From NCBI GenBank assembly GCA_025061835.1, contig JANXAC010000002.1, positions 37,185 to 101,184 on the forward strand: DNA of 64,000 bases, in the 5' to 3' direction. This DNA comes from Spirochaetota bacterium (GTDB lineage Bacteria; Spirochaetota; Brevinematia; DTOW01). Below, in pieces: positions 9,749-20,369 of the stretch (the first letter of the stretch is position 1; the number at the start of each line of letters is the position of its first letter). Position numbers and translations under genes: made by a program. The notes below the pieces were generated by a model. That model saw only the letters and a list, made by a program, of their open reading frames with translations. It searched no databases and had not been told where the DNA came from.

Positions 9749-11140
9749 ATGATAGAAGTTTCCGTCAGTTGGCTTGCTAAAGTTTCACGAGGTAGGCTTG
9801 CATACTCTAAAGGACCTAAACTCATAAGCGGTATATCTACTGACTCAAGAAATATAAAAGAAGGTGAATGTTTTGTAGCACTGAGAGGTAAAAATTTTGA
9901 CGGTCATAACTTCGTCAAAGAGTGTCTATCAAAAAAAGTAACAACTTTTGTTGTTGAAGACGCTTTTTTCAATTCCAATACTAATCTTTTTGAAAGTGCT
10001 AATGCCATTGTAGTCAAGGATACTTACAGAGCATTGATGGATATAGGTAGTGCCTACAGAAACGATTTTGTGCCTGATAAGAAGATCATAGCGATAACTG
10101 GTAGTTCCGGTAAAACTACTACTAAATACATTATAGCACAGTTGCTTTCATACAAGTATAAGGTAGAATTCTCACCTAAAAGCTATAACAACAATGTAGG
10201 TGTTCCATTGTCTATTCTAAAGATAAACGAAGATACAGACATAGGTGTCTTGGAAGTCGGAATGAACAGAAAGGGTGAGATAAGGAAACTTTCAAAAATT
10301 ATTATGCCTGATGTTGGCATCATAACCAATATAGGATACGCCCACATAGAATTTTTAAAAACTGTCAGAAATATAGCACTAGCAAAGTCGGAACTATTTG
10401 AAGGCATACGACAAGGAGGAGTTGTATTTCTCAATAAAAATTCAAGATATTTGGATGTTCTTGAAGTAAACGCAAAAAGATTCCAACTTGATATTCACTA
10501 CTTTGATGTTAAAGAAGCTAGAGTAATACAGAATAGAGGAATAGATGGAGTTGTGTTTGAATACGATGATGTTGAGTTTGATACATCGGTTCCTGGAACC
10601 CATAATATTGAAAATTTGGTTTGCGCCTTTGAGATAGCAAAGTTTTTCGGAATTAAAATATCTGACCTAGTGTCAATAGTCAAAAATCTATCCCTGCCAG
10701 AGATGAGGAATAATGTTATAAGAGGATGGTTTACAGTGATAGATGACTCATATAACGCAAATCCTGACTCTATGATGATGGCTCTTGACCTTTTGGATAG
10801 TGCTAAATCTAAAGGTAAGAAGATAGCAGTTCTTGGAGATATGCTTGAGTTAGGGGAACATTCTCAAAAACTACATCTACAGGTAGCTGACCACATACTT
10901 AATAAGAATATTGACTACATTCTGTGTTATGGCGAGAATTTCTCTCTAGTCCATGATTATCTTATTGAAAAGGGGATGGATAAAAATAATGTTATATCCA
11001 CCTCAAGCATAAACGAAATAGCGGATATACTAGGTTACCTCGTCAAAGAGGGGGATATAGTGCTTGTCAAAGGTTCAAGAGGGATGAGATTGAATGAGAT
11101 CGCTTCGTTCCTAGAAAATAAGATGAAGGAGAATGTATGA
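9749..11140 (+). CDS. murF: UDP-N-acetylmuramoyl-tripeptide--D-alanyl-D-alanine ligase
   Basis: Mur ligase P-loop ITGSSGKTTTK; DDSYNANPDSM motif; N-terminal STDSR...DGH region typical of MurF; 463 aa. Confidence 0.9.
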   Translation: MIEVSVSWLAKVSRGRLAYSKGPKLISGISTDSRNIKEGECFVALRGKNFDGHNFVKECLSKKVTTFVVEDAFFNSNTNLFESANAIVVKDTYRALMDIGSAYRNDFVPDKKIIAITGSSGKTTTKYIIAQLLSYKYKVEFSPKSYNNNVGVPLSILKINEDTDIGVLEVGMNRKGEIRKLSKIIMPDVGIITNIGYAHIEFLKTVRNIALAKSELFEGIRQGGVVFLNKNSRYLDVLEVNAKRFQLDIHYFDVKEARVIQNRGIDGVVFEYDDVEFDTSVPGTHNIENLVCAFEIAKFFGIKISDLVSIVKNLSLPEMRNNVIRGWFTVIDDSYNANPDSMMMALDLLDSAKSKGKKIAVLGDMLELGEHSQKLHLQVADHILNKNIDYILCYGENFSLVHDYLIEKGMDKNNVISTSSINEIADILGYLVKEGDIVLVKGSRGMRLNEIASFLENKMKENV

Positions 11141-12462
11141 TTTTTGCAAAATTCTTCCTATCAGTTCTATCAATAATAGTATCTATCTTCTCTTACTTGT
11201 ATATACTCAAAATCTTAATTACCTTTAAGTTTCCCTTAATGGTTAATGTTATTCTCATCAGCGGTGCTATACTCCTACTTGCTTTGTTCGGTATTGTCAG
11301 TCTTTACATAAGAAGAATAAGAAAATATGATGTTTCAAGATTGGATGTTAATGATGTTCAGAGCATTTCAAGGTTTTTGTCATTCGTCCCTATTTTTTTC
11401 GCGGCACTCTCTGTGTTGATCGTAGTATCAATATCTGCTTATGAGTATCGGACAACAAGAAATATTACAAACTTTTTTAATGTTATTGTATTTTCGCTAC
11501 CTATAGCATTTATATCATACTATCTAGTCAAGATTTCCTTACTTGAGGTAAGACTCAGTGGTTTCTTTTCATTCAGTCGGCGTAATTCTGTAAGCATTCT
11601 ACTGTCTTTCTTGATTGTGATGTTGTTCAATGTACTTGTAGGATTAGGCTTTGTGCTTATTTCCGTATTATACATAAAGAAGTCACTGATGGTTGTCATC
11701 TATGTAGTGGTTTTTTCATTTATCACTTCCCTAATACTTTTCGTTTGGAATCTAGCTTTGAAGTTGAGGTATGTCATTAAGATCCTAAAAGTTCCAGAAA
11801 TGTTTGAGAGTTATGTTCCTGTTCTCTCTAACGATGAGATAGGTTTAATTTCGGTTTATCTTGATGGTATTTTATCCGAATGTAGGCAATCATACAATTT
11901 CCCTAGAATATATCTAGGAGACAAGAAAGTTGATATTGAGTTAGGTAAGCACTTCTGTGGCTGTGTTTGGCTAAAACTCTTTGATGTTCCTTCTCTGTTT
12001 TCAGAGTTCTCTGAAAAAGTTATGGATGATATACAGATAACCTTCGCTAGGATTGAGTCTAAGGTTATTGAAAGTAAAGGGTATGTTGCTAGATTTGATG
12101 GGACTGAGATGTATATAGTCTGGGGGCTAGATGGAACCGACTGGGGTGATAACCTTAAACAGTTTGTCAATTTTCTATACTCTGCTTATAAACAGAATGT
12201 TTTTGACAATATAAGTGTCCTAAAAGTTGGTATTGCTAGTGGGAGAGTATTTGTAGGTAGAACCGAAAGTATATACGGCAATCTGCCATACATTTTCGGA
12301 GAGGGTATAATTGAAAGTTATATCGTCGGCAAGTATGTTAAAGGTGATGGATTTTTTGCATCAGGGGAAATCAAAGATCTCTTCGGAAATTACACTTACA
12401 TAGATAAAGTCAGGGTAAAAGAACTGAACAAAATAGTAGAAATATACAGACTATTCATTTAA
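11137..12462 (+). CDS. membrane-anchored protein with C-terminal class III nucleotidyl cyclase-like domain (tentative)
   Basis: About 7 N-terminal hydrophobic segments; C-terminal LKLFDV ... ARFDGTEMYIVWG ... LKVGIASGRVFVGRTESIYGNLPYIFGEGIIESYIVG resembles the metal-binding Asp strands and the RIGIHTG...GD.VN.A.R segment of adenylate/guanylate cyclase catalytic domains. ATGA overlap with murF stop. Confidence 0.45.
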   Translation: MIFAKFFLSVLSIIVSIFSYLYILKILITFKFPLMVNVILISGAILLLALFGIVSLYIRRIRKYDVSRLDVNDVQSISRFLSFVPIFFAALSVLIVVSISAYEYRTTRNITNFFNVIVFSLPIAFISYYLVKISLLEVRLSGFFSFSRRNSVSILLSFLIVMLFNVLVGLGFVLISVLYIKKSLMVVIYVVVFSFITSLILFVWNLALKLRYVIKILKVPEMFESYVPVLSNDEIGLISVYLDGILSECRQSYNFPRIYLGDKKVDIELGKHFCGCVWLKLFDVPSLFSEFSEKVMDDIQITFARIESKVIESKGYVARFDGTEMYIVWGLDGTDWGDNLKQFVNFLYSAYKQNVFDNISVLKVGIASGRVFVGRTESIYGNLPYIFGEGIIESYIVGKYVKGDGFFASGEIKDLFGNYTYIDKVRVKELNKIVEIYRLFI

Positions 12463-12501
12463 GATATACCATAAATGTATACATTATCGGAGGTCTGTTA
12501 T

Positions 12502-12666
12502 ATGGGTAAGAAGTATTATTACATTGAAGAGGGGGCACAAAAAGGTGCTAAGTTTGATTCTGTTGAGGAATTAAAACAGGCAATGTGGGAAATTTTTAAA
12601 GATAAGATGTCTAAAGATGAATTTGAAAAATACATTAAGGATAAGATAAAAGAAACAGAGGAATAA
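12502..12666 (+). CDS. small charged hypothetical protein (54 aa)
   Basis: ORF track gives 12475 start, but GGAGG at 12489-12493 lies inside that extension and is 8 nt upstream of ATG 12502 (MGKKYYYIEEG...). Confidence 0.4.
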   Translation: MGKKYYYIEEGAQKGAKFDSVEELKQAMWEIFKDKMSKDEFEKYIKDKIKETEE

Positions 12667-12672
12667 ATGTGA

Positions 12673-13344
12673 ATGAGACTACTCTGTGTAAGCGATGTCG
12701 TTGATAAATACTTATATAACTCTGATGATGCTATCAAGATAAAACCAGATCTTATAATATCCTGTGGGGATTTGCCAAGAGATTACTTGGAATTCCTCGT
12801 TTCAAAGTTCAATGTTCCATTACTGTTTGTCCAAGGCAATCACGATAATTATGATGCTATAGAAAGCAGAAAAGAAGGTGTTTTAGAACTCATAGGTGCG
12901 TCAAAATTTGATTTTAAAAGTAAGTATGATTACACTAGATCCTTGGCGGGGATGGAGATCGATAACAAGGTAGTTGTTTTAAACAAATTAATATTTTTAG
13001 GTTTTGAAGGATGTAACAGATACAACAATGGAAGGCATCAATATACTCAAAAAGAGATGTTTAGGAAAGTTAGAAAAACATACTTTAGACTTTTTGTGAA
13101 TAAGATAATATACAACTCTTATGTTGATGTTGTAGTTTCCCACGCACCACCCTACGGAATACATGATAGAAACGATGTGGTTCATACAGGGTTCAAGGCA
13201 TTCCTTGAATTGATTGAAAAGTTCAGACCGAAATATCTACTACACGGACATGTTCATATATACGACAACAGAGAAAGTAGAGTATTTGAGTATAAAGGCA
13301 CAAAGATCATAAACTGCTACGGATATTATATCCTTGATTTGTAA
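12673..13344 (+). CDS. metallophosphoesterase (calcineurin-like phosphoesterase/phosphodiesterase)
   Basis: Motifs GD (CGDLP), GNHD, HAPP, GHVH in canonical order; 223 aa. Confidence 0.75.
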   Translation: MRLLCVSDVVDKYLYNSDDAIKIKPDLIISCGDLPRDYLEFLVSKFNVPLLFVQGNHDNYDAIESRKEGVLELIGASKFDFKSKYDYTRSLAGMEIDNKVVVLNKLIFLGFEGCNRYNNGRHQYTQKEMFRKVRKTYFRLFVNKIIYNSYVDVVVSHAPPYGIHDRNDVVHTGFKAFLELIEKFRPKYLLHGHVHIYDNRESRVFEYKGTKIINCYGYYILDL

Positions 13345-13361
13345 AAGCTAATTAATATCCT

Positions 13362-15320
13362 ATGTTTGCTAAAGTCATTATTGATTTACCTATTGAGGAT
13401 ACATTCTGGTTCAGTATTGACAAATCCAAACAACTGAATAGATTTCAAAGGGTTGTAGTTCCATTCTCTGGGGGAGAAGTAGTAGGTGTTGTTATTGATA
13501 CTAGTGAAGATCCAAAAGATAAGAAGTTAGGAAAAGTTATCAGAGTTATTGACAAAGAGGAAGTATTCACCGAGACTCAATTTGAACTAGCGAAGTTTAT
13601 ATCATACTACTATACATCAACACTCTCTGAAGCACTTTTCACAATGATTCCTAATTCAAGTAGAATAAATTTATCTAAATTGAGGACATTTATTCAACAA
13701 ACTATTGTTGAAAATACAGAACTTACAGTCAGTCAGACGAAAGTTTATGAAGAAGTTAAGAATAGTTTGGGAAGTTATAAAGTATTTGTTTTATATGGTA
13801 TTGCTGGTAGCGGTAAGACTGAAATATATAAGAAATTAGTCAGAGATGTTCTCAACATTGGAAAGTCAGCACTCCTACTTGTTCCAGAAATATCTCTTAC
13901 CCCCCAACTCGTTGATAAGTTTAGTTTCATACCAAAGGATATGTTGGCGGTCTATCATAGTAGGCTCACGGATAACGAAAGATTTAACATATACATCAGT
14001 GTCAAAAAAGGACTTAAGAAGTTTGTAATAGGTCCTAGGTCATCAATATTACTACCTTTTAAAGACCTTGGAATAGTGATAATAGACGAGTTTCACGAAA
14101 CATCATACAAATCATCAACTACACCAAGATACTCAACAAAGGAAGTTGCAAAATGGTTGTGTAAGTATTTCAACATCCCCCTACTACTAGGTTCAGCAAC
14201 ACCTCCAGTAGAAGACTTTTATCTTGCGAAGAATGGTGTATATAAGTTACTAGAACTCAAGGAAAAGTTTTCAAAATATCAAAAAGTTGATGTTGAGATA
14301 ATTGACTCAAAGAAATTATCGCCAAACAATGTTATAGCACCTGAAGTTATATCTCTCGTATCTAATAAGATCAAACAAAATCAGCAGGTAATAGTGTTCA
14401 TAAACCGAAGAGGCTTTAGTAATTTCATAAAGTGTAATAACTGTGGCTATATCCCAATGTGTCCAAATTGCGATATTACACTAACCTACCACAAATACAC
14501 AAACTCTCTTGAATGTCATCATTGCGGACATAAAGAGAAATATGAGGCTGTGTGTAAAAAATGTAGAGCAGGCAAGATGGTAGATGTAGGAAGTGGAACA
14601 GAAAAAGCAGAAGAGATTATTAGAAATTTATTCTACAACAAGAACATAATCAGAGTTGATTTGGACACTACCAGAGATAAAGGTATCTATGACAAGATTT
14701 ACAAGTCTCTTAGAGATGGTGATATAGATGTGATTGTCGGAACGCAGATAATATCCAAAGGACTTGATATACCCCAAGTTAATCTTGTTTGTGTGCTATT
14801 TCCAGAGATTACTTTGAGAATACCTGATTTCTACTCAGCTGAGCGAACATTCTCTTTAGTGATGCAGGCAATTGGTAGAGCAGGTAGAAGAGATGAGAAA
14901 GGTTTAGCAATTATTCAGACATCAGATACAGAACATTACAGTATCAGAACGGCAGTAGAACAGGATTACGAAAGTTTCTATTCTCACGAAATACAGAGAA
15001 GAGAGACTTACAAATATCCACCGTTTTGGCGGATTACCAGGTTTGTCTTCAGAAGTGAGATTGAGAAAAATTGTATTGAAGTAGGTAAGTCAGCAAAGGT
15101 TCTACTAGACGGTATAGCACACGGTAGAGACGATATAGTAGTATCTTCACTACTCCCAGCACCTATAACCAAAATATCAGGGAATTATAGACACCAGATA
15201 ATCGTAAAAAGTAAAGATGAACAGATACTAACAAGAGCACAAGAGATCGTGTATAAAAACTTAAGAAACAAGATGGGGGTTTATATAGAAATTGACAGAG
15301 ATCCTGTTTCACTCATGTAG
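13362..15320 (+). CDS. priA: primosomal protein N' (replication restart helicase)
   Basis: Walker A GIAGSGKTE; DEFH box (IIDEFHETSY); double Cys-cluster zinc finger CNNCGYIPMCPNCD...CHHCGH...CKKC characteristic of PriA; 652 aa. Confidence 0.9.
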   Translation: MFAKVIIDLPIEDTFWFSIDKSKQLNRFQRVVVPFSGGEVVGVVIDTSEDPKDKKLGKVIRVIDKEEVFTETQFELAKFISYYYTSTLSEALFTMIPNSSRINLSKLRTFIQQTIVENTELTVSQTKVYEEVKNSLGSYKVFVLYGIAGSGKTEIYKKLVRDVLNIGKSALLLVPEISLTPQLVDKFSFIPKDMLAVYHSRLTDNERFNIYISVKKGLKKFVIGPRSSILLPFKDLGIVIIDEFHETSYKSSTTPRYSTKEVAKWLCKYFNIPLLLGSATPPVEDFYLAKNGVYKLLELKEKFSKYQKVDVEIIDSKKLSPNNVIAPEVISLVSNKIKQNQQVIVFINRRGFSNFIKCNNCGYIPMCPNCDITLTYHKYTNSLECHHCGHKEKYEAVCKKCRAGKMVDVGSGTEKAEEIIRNLFYNKNIIRVDLDTTRDKGIYDKIYKSLRDGDIDVIVGTQIISKGLDIPQVNLVCVLFPEITLRIPDFYSAERTFSLVMQAIGRAGRRDEKGLAIIQTSDTEHYSIRTAVEQDYESFYSHEIQRRETYKYPPFWRITRFVFRSEIEKNCIEVGKSAKVLLDGIAHGRDDIVVSSLLPAPITKISGNYRHQIIVKSKDEQILTRAQEIVYKNLRNKMGVYIEIDRDPVSLM

Positions 15321-15363
15321 GTCATTCTAATGATTTTAGTTGTCATTCCGTAAATATTAGAGT

Positions 15364-16173
15364 ATGTCAAGTAGTAAGAAATCTAAATATCCTCCTCAGA
15401 AGGACAAAGTAACAACCAAACCAAAGTCTAGATCAAAAAGTAAAAGGAAGAGAGACTTATCAAAAATACTCATACTAATCTTATCCCTAGTAGCCATCGG
15501 AGGTGTTGTATATGTAGTTTATGATATTATCCAAAACAACCGAACACTAGTATCTGAACAGAATTATATAACTCAAGTTTGGACTAACAACCCAACCTTG
15601 AACGCAATGGTTAGTAATACAAATTATGTAAAGACCAATTCAAAGTCTTTAGAAATGAGTAATGTTGTTGAAAAAACTCAAGAGAGTTTTGAAAAGAAGA
15701 AGATTACAAACTCAGTCTCAATAAAGAAGGATAGTGTCAATGAAGAAGATAGTAAGGTAGATGTTAAGAGAGTAAAGATTTACTACTACAGAGTTTCTGG
15801 AGATAATCTTGTCTTTTCATCAAGGCAGGTTGATTTGAATGGAGATAGTTTGTATGAAGTTTTCAAAACTCTAAAACAGATCAAGAATTCCGATAATGAA
15901 GTATCCTTCGTCAACAAGAGAGTGAGAATTATTGATTATAGAGTTGTAGATGATACTCTAATTATAAACTTATCAAGAGAGATTGAGATAAATGAATACG
16001 GAAGTATAGGTGTTTTGTATTCCATCTACCAGATAGCATATTCTCTTGGTAGTATTACAAGATCCAAAAATGTTCTTGTGCTTATAGAAGGAACTAAACC
16101 TAACTATATAGAAGGAGAAGGAATAGTTTTTCAAAATCCTATAGATATAACTAGACTTCCTGCTATCAACTAG
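15364..16173 (+). CDS. hypothetical membrane-anchored protein with basic N-terminus
   Basis: Lys/Ser-rich N-terminus followed by one hydrophobic segment (ILILILSLVAIGGVVYVVY) and a ~200-aa extracytoplasmic domain; no motif named. Confidence 0.5.
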   Translation: MSSSKKSKYPPQKDKVTTKPKSRSKSKRKRDLSKILILILSLVAIGGVVYVVYDIIQNNRTLVSEQNYITQVWTNNPTLNAMVSNTNYVKTNSKSLEMSNVVEKTQESFEKKKITNSVSIKKDSVNEEDSKVDVKRVKIYYYRVSGDNLVFSSRQVDLNGDSLYEVFKTLKQIKNSDNEVSFVNKRVRIIDYRVVDDTLIINLSREIEINEYGSIGVLYSIYQIAYSLGSITRSKNVLVLIEGTKPNYIEGEGIVFQNPIDITRLPAIN

Positions 16174-16220
16174 TACAAGTTAATTTCCCTAGGTATTTAA
16201 TTAATCTTTATAATTCATCT

Positions 16221-17228
16221 ATGGAAGACATCTTATCTCCAAGAAGGGCAGTTGGTGAGGATACCTACGAAGAGGGAATAAGACCTAGATACCTTGATGA
16301 ATTTATAGGGCAGGAGAGTATAAAAAACAATCTCAAGGTGTTTATAGATTCTTCTATCAAGAGAAACGATATTCTTGACCATGTGTTAATTTCAGGACCT
16401 CCAGGTCTTGGTAAAACTACTCTCGCTAAAATAATCGCAAACGAACTTAGGACAAATTTCGTATACACTGTCTCTAACTCTTTCCAGAAGGTTGGTGATG
16501 TTGTTGCAATACTGACAAACCTTCAGAGAGGTGATGTTCTATTTATTGACGAGATACATAGACTTAAGCCTTCTTATGAAGAAGTTTTATACTCTGCTAT
16601 GGAAGATTACTCAGTTTCAGTAATGATAGGTGAAGGACCTGGTGCAAAGAGTATTAAGATTAACATTCCAAAATTTACACTGATTGGTGCTACTACGAGA
16701 ACTGGACTTCTTACATCTCCTTTAATATCAAGATTTGGAATACTTCTAAAGGTTGATTTCTACTCGGACGAAGATATGGGGGAAATATGCGAAAGGACCT
16801 GTAGGATACTTGGTCTTGATATATCAAATGAAGCTATAAAAGAAATAGCAAAACGCTCAAGAGGAACACCAAGAGTGCTAAACAGGATATTAAGAAGAAT
16901 AAGAGATTTTGCAGTAGTTGAGGGAGTAAGTAGGATTGAATTAGGCAAGGTTAGAGAATACCTTTTGAAACTCGGGATTGATGAGGAAGGATTAGACGAA
17001 GTAGATAGGAAGATACTTTCAGTGATTGTTGAGAAATATCAGGGAGGTCCTGTTGGACTTAAGACACTTTCCGCAAGCATAGGAGAAGAAGAAGACACGA
17101 TTGAAGATGTTTTTGAACCTTTTCTCATACTAAAAGGATTTATAAAGAGAACCCCTAAAGGTAGAGTTGCGACTGAGTTAGCATACCAGCATCTTGGCAT
17201 ACCAAAGAATAGCAATTCACTTTTCTAA
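16221..17228 (+). CDS. ruvB: Holliday junction branch-migration ATPase RuvB
   Basis: PRYLDEFIGQE start region; Walker A GPPGLGKTTLA; Walker B VLFIDEIHRL; RuvB-type C-terminal winged helix; 335 aa. Confidence 0.92.
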   Translation: MEDILSPRRAVGEDTYEEGIRPRYLDEFIGQESIKNNLKVFIDSSIKRNDILDHVLISGPPGLGKTTLAKIIANELRTNFVYTVSNSFQKVGDVVAILTNLQRGDVLFIDEIHRLKPSYEEVLYSAMEDYSVSVMIGEGPGAKSIKINIPKFTLIGATTRTGLLTSPLISRFGILLKVDFYSDEDMGEICERTCRILGLDISNEAIKEIAKRSRGTPRVLNRILRRIRDFAVVEGVSRIELGKVREYLLKLGIDEEGLDEVDRKILSVIVEKYQGGPVGLKTLSASIGEEEDTIEDVFEPFLILKGFIKRTPKGRVATELAYQHLGIPKNSNSLF

Positions 17229-17242
17229 ACTCTAGTAGAAGT

Positions 17243-17551
17243 ATGGTAGAAGTAAAGGTAGCGTATGATAAAGGCAGGGTAAGAATAGAGATGAATGGGC
17301 ACAGTGGATACGGCAAGAAAGGTGAGGATATAGTATGTGCAGGAATATCTGGAGTATTACAATTTGTAATAATACATTTCTTCAACAACCTGCGAAGAGA
17401 TGGTAATTTTAAACTATCAAATGGTGTTGGTTTTGTTGAGGTTATGTTGAAGGAAGAAGATAGAGATCTAATATCTTCATTCATTGAGTATCTAAAACTA
17501 GTTGAAAAGAGTTATCCAAACTCGTTGAGAATAGATGTTGTTAATAAGTAG
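17243..17551 (+). CDS. prp: ribosomal-processing cysteine protease Prp (DUF464 family)
   Basis: GHSGYGKKGEDIVCAGISGVLQ matches the Prp His/Cys catalytic region; about 100 aa. Confidence 0.72.
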   Translation: MVEVKVAYDKGRVRIEMNGHSGYGKKGEDIVCAGISGVLQFVIIHFFNNLRRDGNFKLSNGVGFVEVMLKEEDRDLISSFIEYLKLVEKSYPNSLRIDVVNK

Positions 17552-18551
17552 TATTCAAATTCTTAACTATCCTGTGCCTTATTATGTTTATCTCTCCAGA
17601 TACACTTCTCAAGAATTTCTCAAGCATTTCTATCACTGGCAAGTTCTGCGGAAACCTTGGACTATCAGAAAACACAGATGTCATGTTTAGTAAGTATCTC
17701 GTAATAAAGTTAAACCTACTAATAACCTCCTTATCGTCTGTAGAACTACTTAACATATCCAATCTTGAGAAGTTAAAAGTTCCAGTTTTACCTAGAAGAG
17801 TTTTTCTATTGTATCCATAATTGATGTAACAACTGTAGAGATTATTATTTTTATATATCTTTGAAGTTTCTGATTTTCTGATGATTATATCATCATTCAG
17901 TAAGAAAGTTGGTATATCAAATGTTTTTACATGCCCAAATACACTTGGGCTATCAACATTGAGTCCTTGAAGATTTCCATCTTTTACAAAGATTGTCTGG
18001 TTGTCAGAGTATTCATCTATCTTTTTAGTTATAAATTCTATTTCAATGTTCTGTAATAAAATCTCAAGAACATACTTGTCCCACAACTCGCTTACCTTGC
18101 TTATCTCAGGCTCAATCGGGTATATCGTGTATTTAATACTTTTCTCTATTTCTATGACACTTCCATTTACAATTCTGTCATTAAGGACACTTCTAGGTGC
18201 GATGAGGTATCTCAATACTTCATACTCAACTGATTTGGATAATTCAACTGGTTTGTTACTCTCCACCTTAATTAAGCCTGGAACTATCGTAATAAACCCG
18301 ACTACCGATGGCCTAAACATCAATACAAAGTCCAGTCTGACAACACTGTCAAAGAATATTATGGTTTTAGGTTTAAAACTTTGGTCTTTCTTATCAATAC
18401 TTCCTATTTCAACGAATTCGTTGTTGTTATAACCTGATACACCTTGTGTTGGGAAGTCTTGAATATTATCACTCCCCGTGATACCTATATAATCCTCTTT
18501 GAATATATCTCTTATTGAATTTATATTAAAACTCATACTATTCCTCAACAA
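17541..18551 (-). CDS. hypothetical protein (336 aa)
   Basis: ORF track; overlaps the upstream 602-aa gene by 14 bp (same strand), implying co-translation; no recognisable motif. Confidence 0.5.
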   Translation of the reverse strand: MLRNSMSFNINSIRDIFKEDYIGITGSDNIQDFPTQGVSGYNNNEFVEIGSIDKKDQSFKPKTIIFFDSVVRLDFVLMFRPSVVGFITIVPGLIKVESNKPVELSKSVEYEVLRYLIAPRSVLNDRIVNGSVIEIEKSIKYTIYPIEPEISKVSELWDKYVLEILLQNIEIEFITKKIDEYSDNQTIFVKDGNLQGLNVDSPSVFGHVKTFDIPTFLLNDDIIIRKSETSKIYKNNNLYSCYINYGYNRKTLLGKTGTFNFSRLDMLSSSTDDKEVISRFNFITRYLLNMTSVFSDSPRFPQNLPVIEMLEKFLRSVSGEINIIRHRIVKNLNTTY

Positions 18552-20346
18552 ATATGGTTATAAGAGAAGAGAATGCGTTAAGTTTTTCAACCGCTCTTTC
18601 AACACCTTCTACAAATTCTTTGTTATTTTGTCCTCCTATCCTGTGTATGTTAATGACAGTTTTAGGGAATGGTGAATATATATCATCAGAAATGAACTTG
18701 AGTATTTTATACATTCCTTTGAAGATATCTTTAAAAGCACTAAGGAATTCAAAGCATACACCATTTATTATCATTATCTTTCTCTCTATAACTTTTTTGT
18801 TTGATTCGTTAGCTAGGAGTGATGGGGAGGATATGAACTTAGATAACAGTATATGATACTCTCCACCTTGCTCAACTGCCTTAACAAAATCTTCCATTTT
18901 AGCCCTAACAGGCTCCACTTTTGAGTATAATTCAGAGAACGTTTTTTGAAGTTGTTTATCCGAGAACGAACCAGCAACTATCAAATTATTCACCTTATCT
19001 TTTATATCAGGCTCCCAAATAGTTTTGATGAAAATGACCGATATTCCGAGAAGTTTAGTGTATAGAAATGGTGGGAGACCATACTTTGAGAAAAGGCTAC
19101 TAACATTTGTTGAGTATATACCGTATTCTTGTATTTCAATAGGCTTGCCAAAAATGACAGTCATATATTTATCTATAAGTCTGTTATTCTTCTCATCCAT
19201 CTTTGATATTATTAGTCTTTTGTATTTTTCATTTATTACTTTTGAGAATTCTTTGAATAATGAATAGTTAGTCTTGATTACAAATGGTTTGTGATTTGGG
19301 TCCTTTGAGATGTAGGCAACCAGGTCAGCTATATTAATTTTGCTGATATTATCATTCAAGGTCTGGAAGAAGTTAGGAGATAATTTATTTTTGATTTCTG
19401 ACGCTTTCTGATTATCTCCCGAGAAGTTGTTTATGTAGTCTAACATTATATTGATATACTGAGTCGTGTACACATCATCCACAACCAACGATAATAAGAT
19501 ACTCTCAAGATCCTTAATGTGATTTACAAGTCCTTGAGGAGAGATAGACTTAAAACTGACTTTACCTCTTTTGAGTTCTGAAAACTGTGTAAACCTCCTT
19601 ACAATTGTTTCAAAATCAAAGTATGCAAACTCCCTAAGTTTAATTATGTTATTGAAAATACCATCTGCACGCTTTACCAGATCTTCTGGTATAGAAGATA
19701 GTATAGCACTTATTTCATCTTCAATTGCTCTAATGGCACTTTTCATACTTTTTGCTTTATCAACAATATTACTAACAAAACTTGTGGTTAGTTCTTTATA
19801 TCTCTCAACAACATTAGGAAGGTCTGTAATACTTTCAAAAAGATATTCACAGGATGACTTTTGAACACCTATGCCTTTCCAGAAATTCTCATTCTCCAGA
19901 AATATGTCAAAAATGGATCGTAAGGTCTTTGCATACTCATATAGTGATAGTATGATTCTACCAAACTCTCCGGATAATCCACCTTTCGATGGATCTATCA
20001 TACACGGCTTACTTCGCCTCAGCTTCTGCTCTATTTTCTTTAGTGCCTTGCTCTTCTTGTAATCACTGGATGGCATGATATTAAAGACAGAAAGTAGAAA
20101 CATTAATATTCTGTCCCACAGTGAAAGTTCTACATCTATAACCTCTTCCCTCCTTATTGGTAGCTCAACGAGTTCTAACTCTCCTTGAGCGGACATTTCG
20201 GATACTTTTGTAGAAGTGTATTTTTTCAGTTTTTCAGCCAGTTTTTTTCTTTCCACTTCATCAGTCTTCAACGCTTCTGCATCAAATTTTCTGTCAAAGA
20301 CACCTAGTTTTTTAGCTCTATCAACCGTTTCCTTATCGTAAGGCAT
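18538..20346 (-). CDS. hypothetical protein (602 aa)
   Basis: ORF track; 24 bp downstream of the gamma-CA-like gene on the same strand; charged N-terminus, no nucleotide-binding or catalytic motif recognised. Confidence 0.55.
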   Translation of the reverse strand: MPYDKETVDRAKKLGVFDRKFDAEALKTDEVERKKLAEKLKKYTSTKVSEMSAQGELELVELPIRREEVIDVELSLWDRILMFLLSVFNIMPSSDYKKSKALKKIEQKLRRSKPCMIDPSKGGLSGEFGRIILSLYEYAKTLRSIFDIFLENENFWKGIGVQKSSCEYLFESITDLPNVVERYKELTTSFVSNIVDKAKSMKSAIRAIEDEISAILSSIPEDLVKRADGIFNNIIKLREFAYFDFETIVRRFTQFSELKRGKVSFKSISPQGLVNHIKDLESILLSLVVDDVYTTQYINIMLDYINNFSGDNQKASEIKNKLSPNFFQTLNDNISKINIADLVAYISKDPNHKPFVIKTNYSLFKEFSKVINEKYKRLIISKMDEKNNRLIDKYMTVIFGKPIEIQEYGIYSTNVSSLFSKYGLPPFLYTKLLGISVIFIKTIWEPDIKDKVNNLIVAGSFSDKQLQKTFSELYSKVEPVRAKMEDFVKAVEQGGEYHILLSKFISSPSLLANESNKKVIERKIMIINGVCFEFLSAFKDIFKGMYKILKFISDDIYSPFPKTVINIHRIGGQNNKEFVEGVERAVEKLNAFSSLITIFVEE

Positions 20347-20369
20347 AAAACCTCCACTTCATTTCAAAC

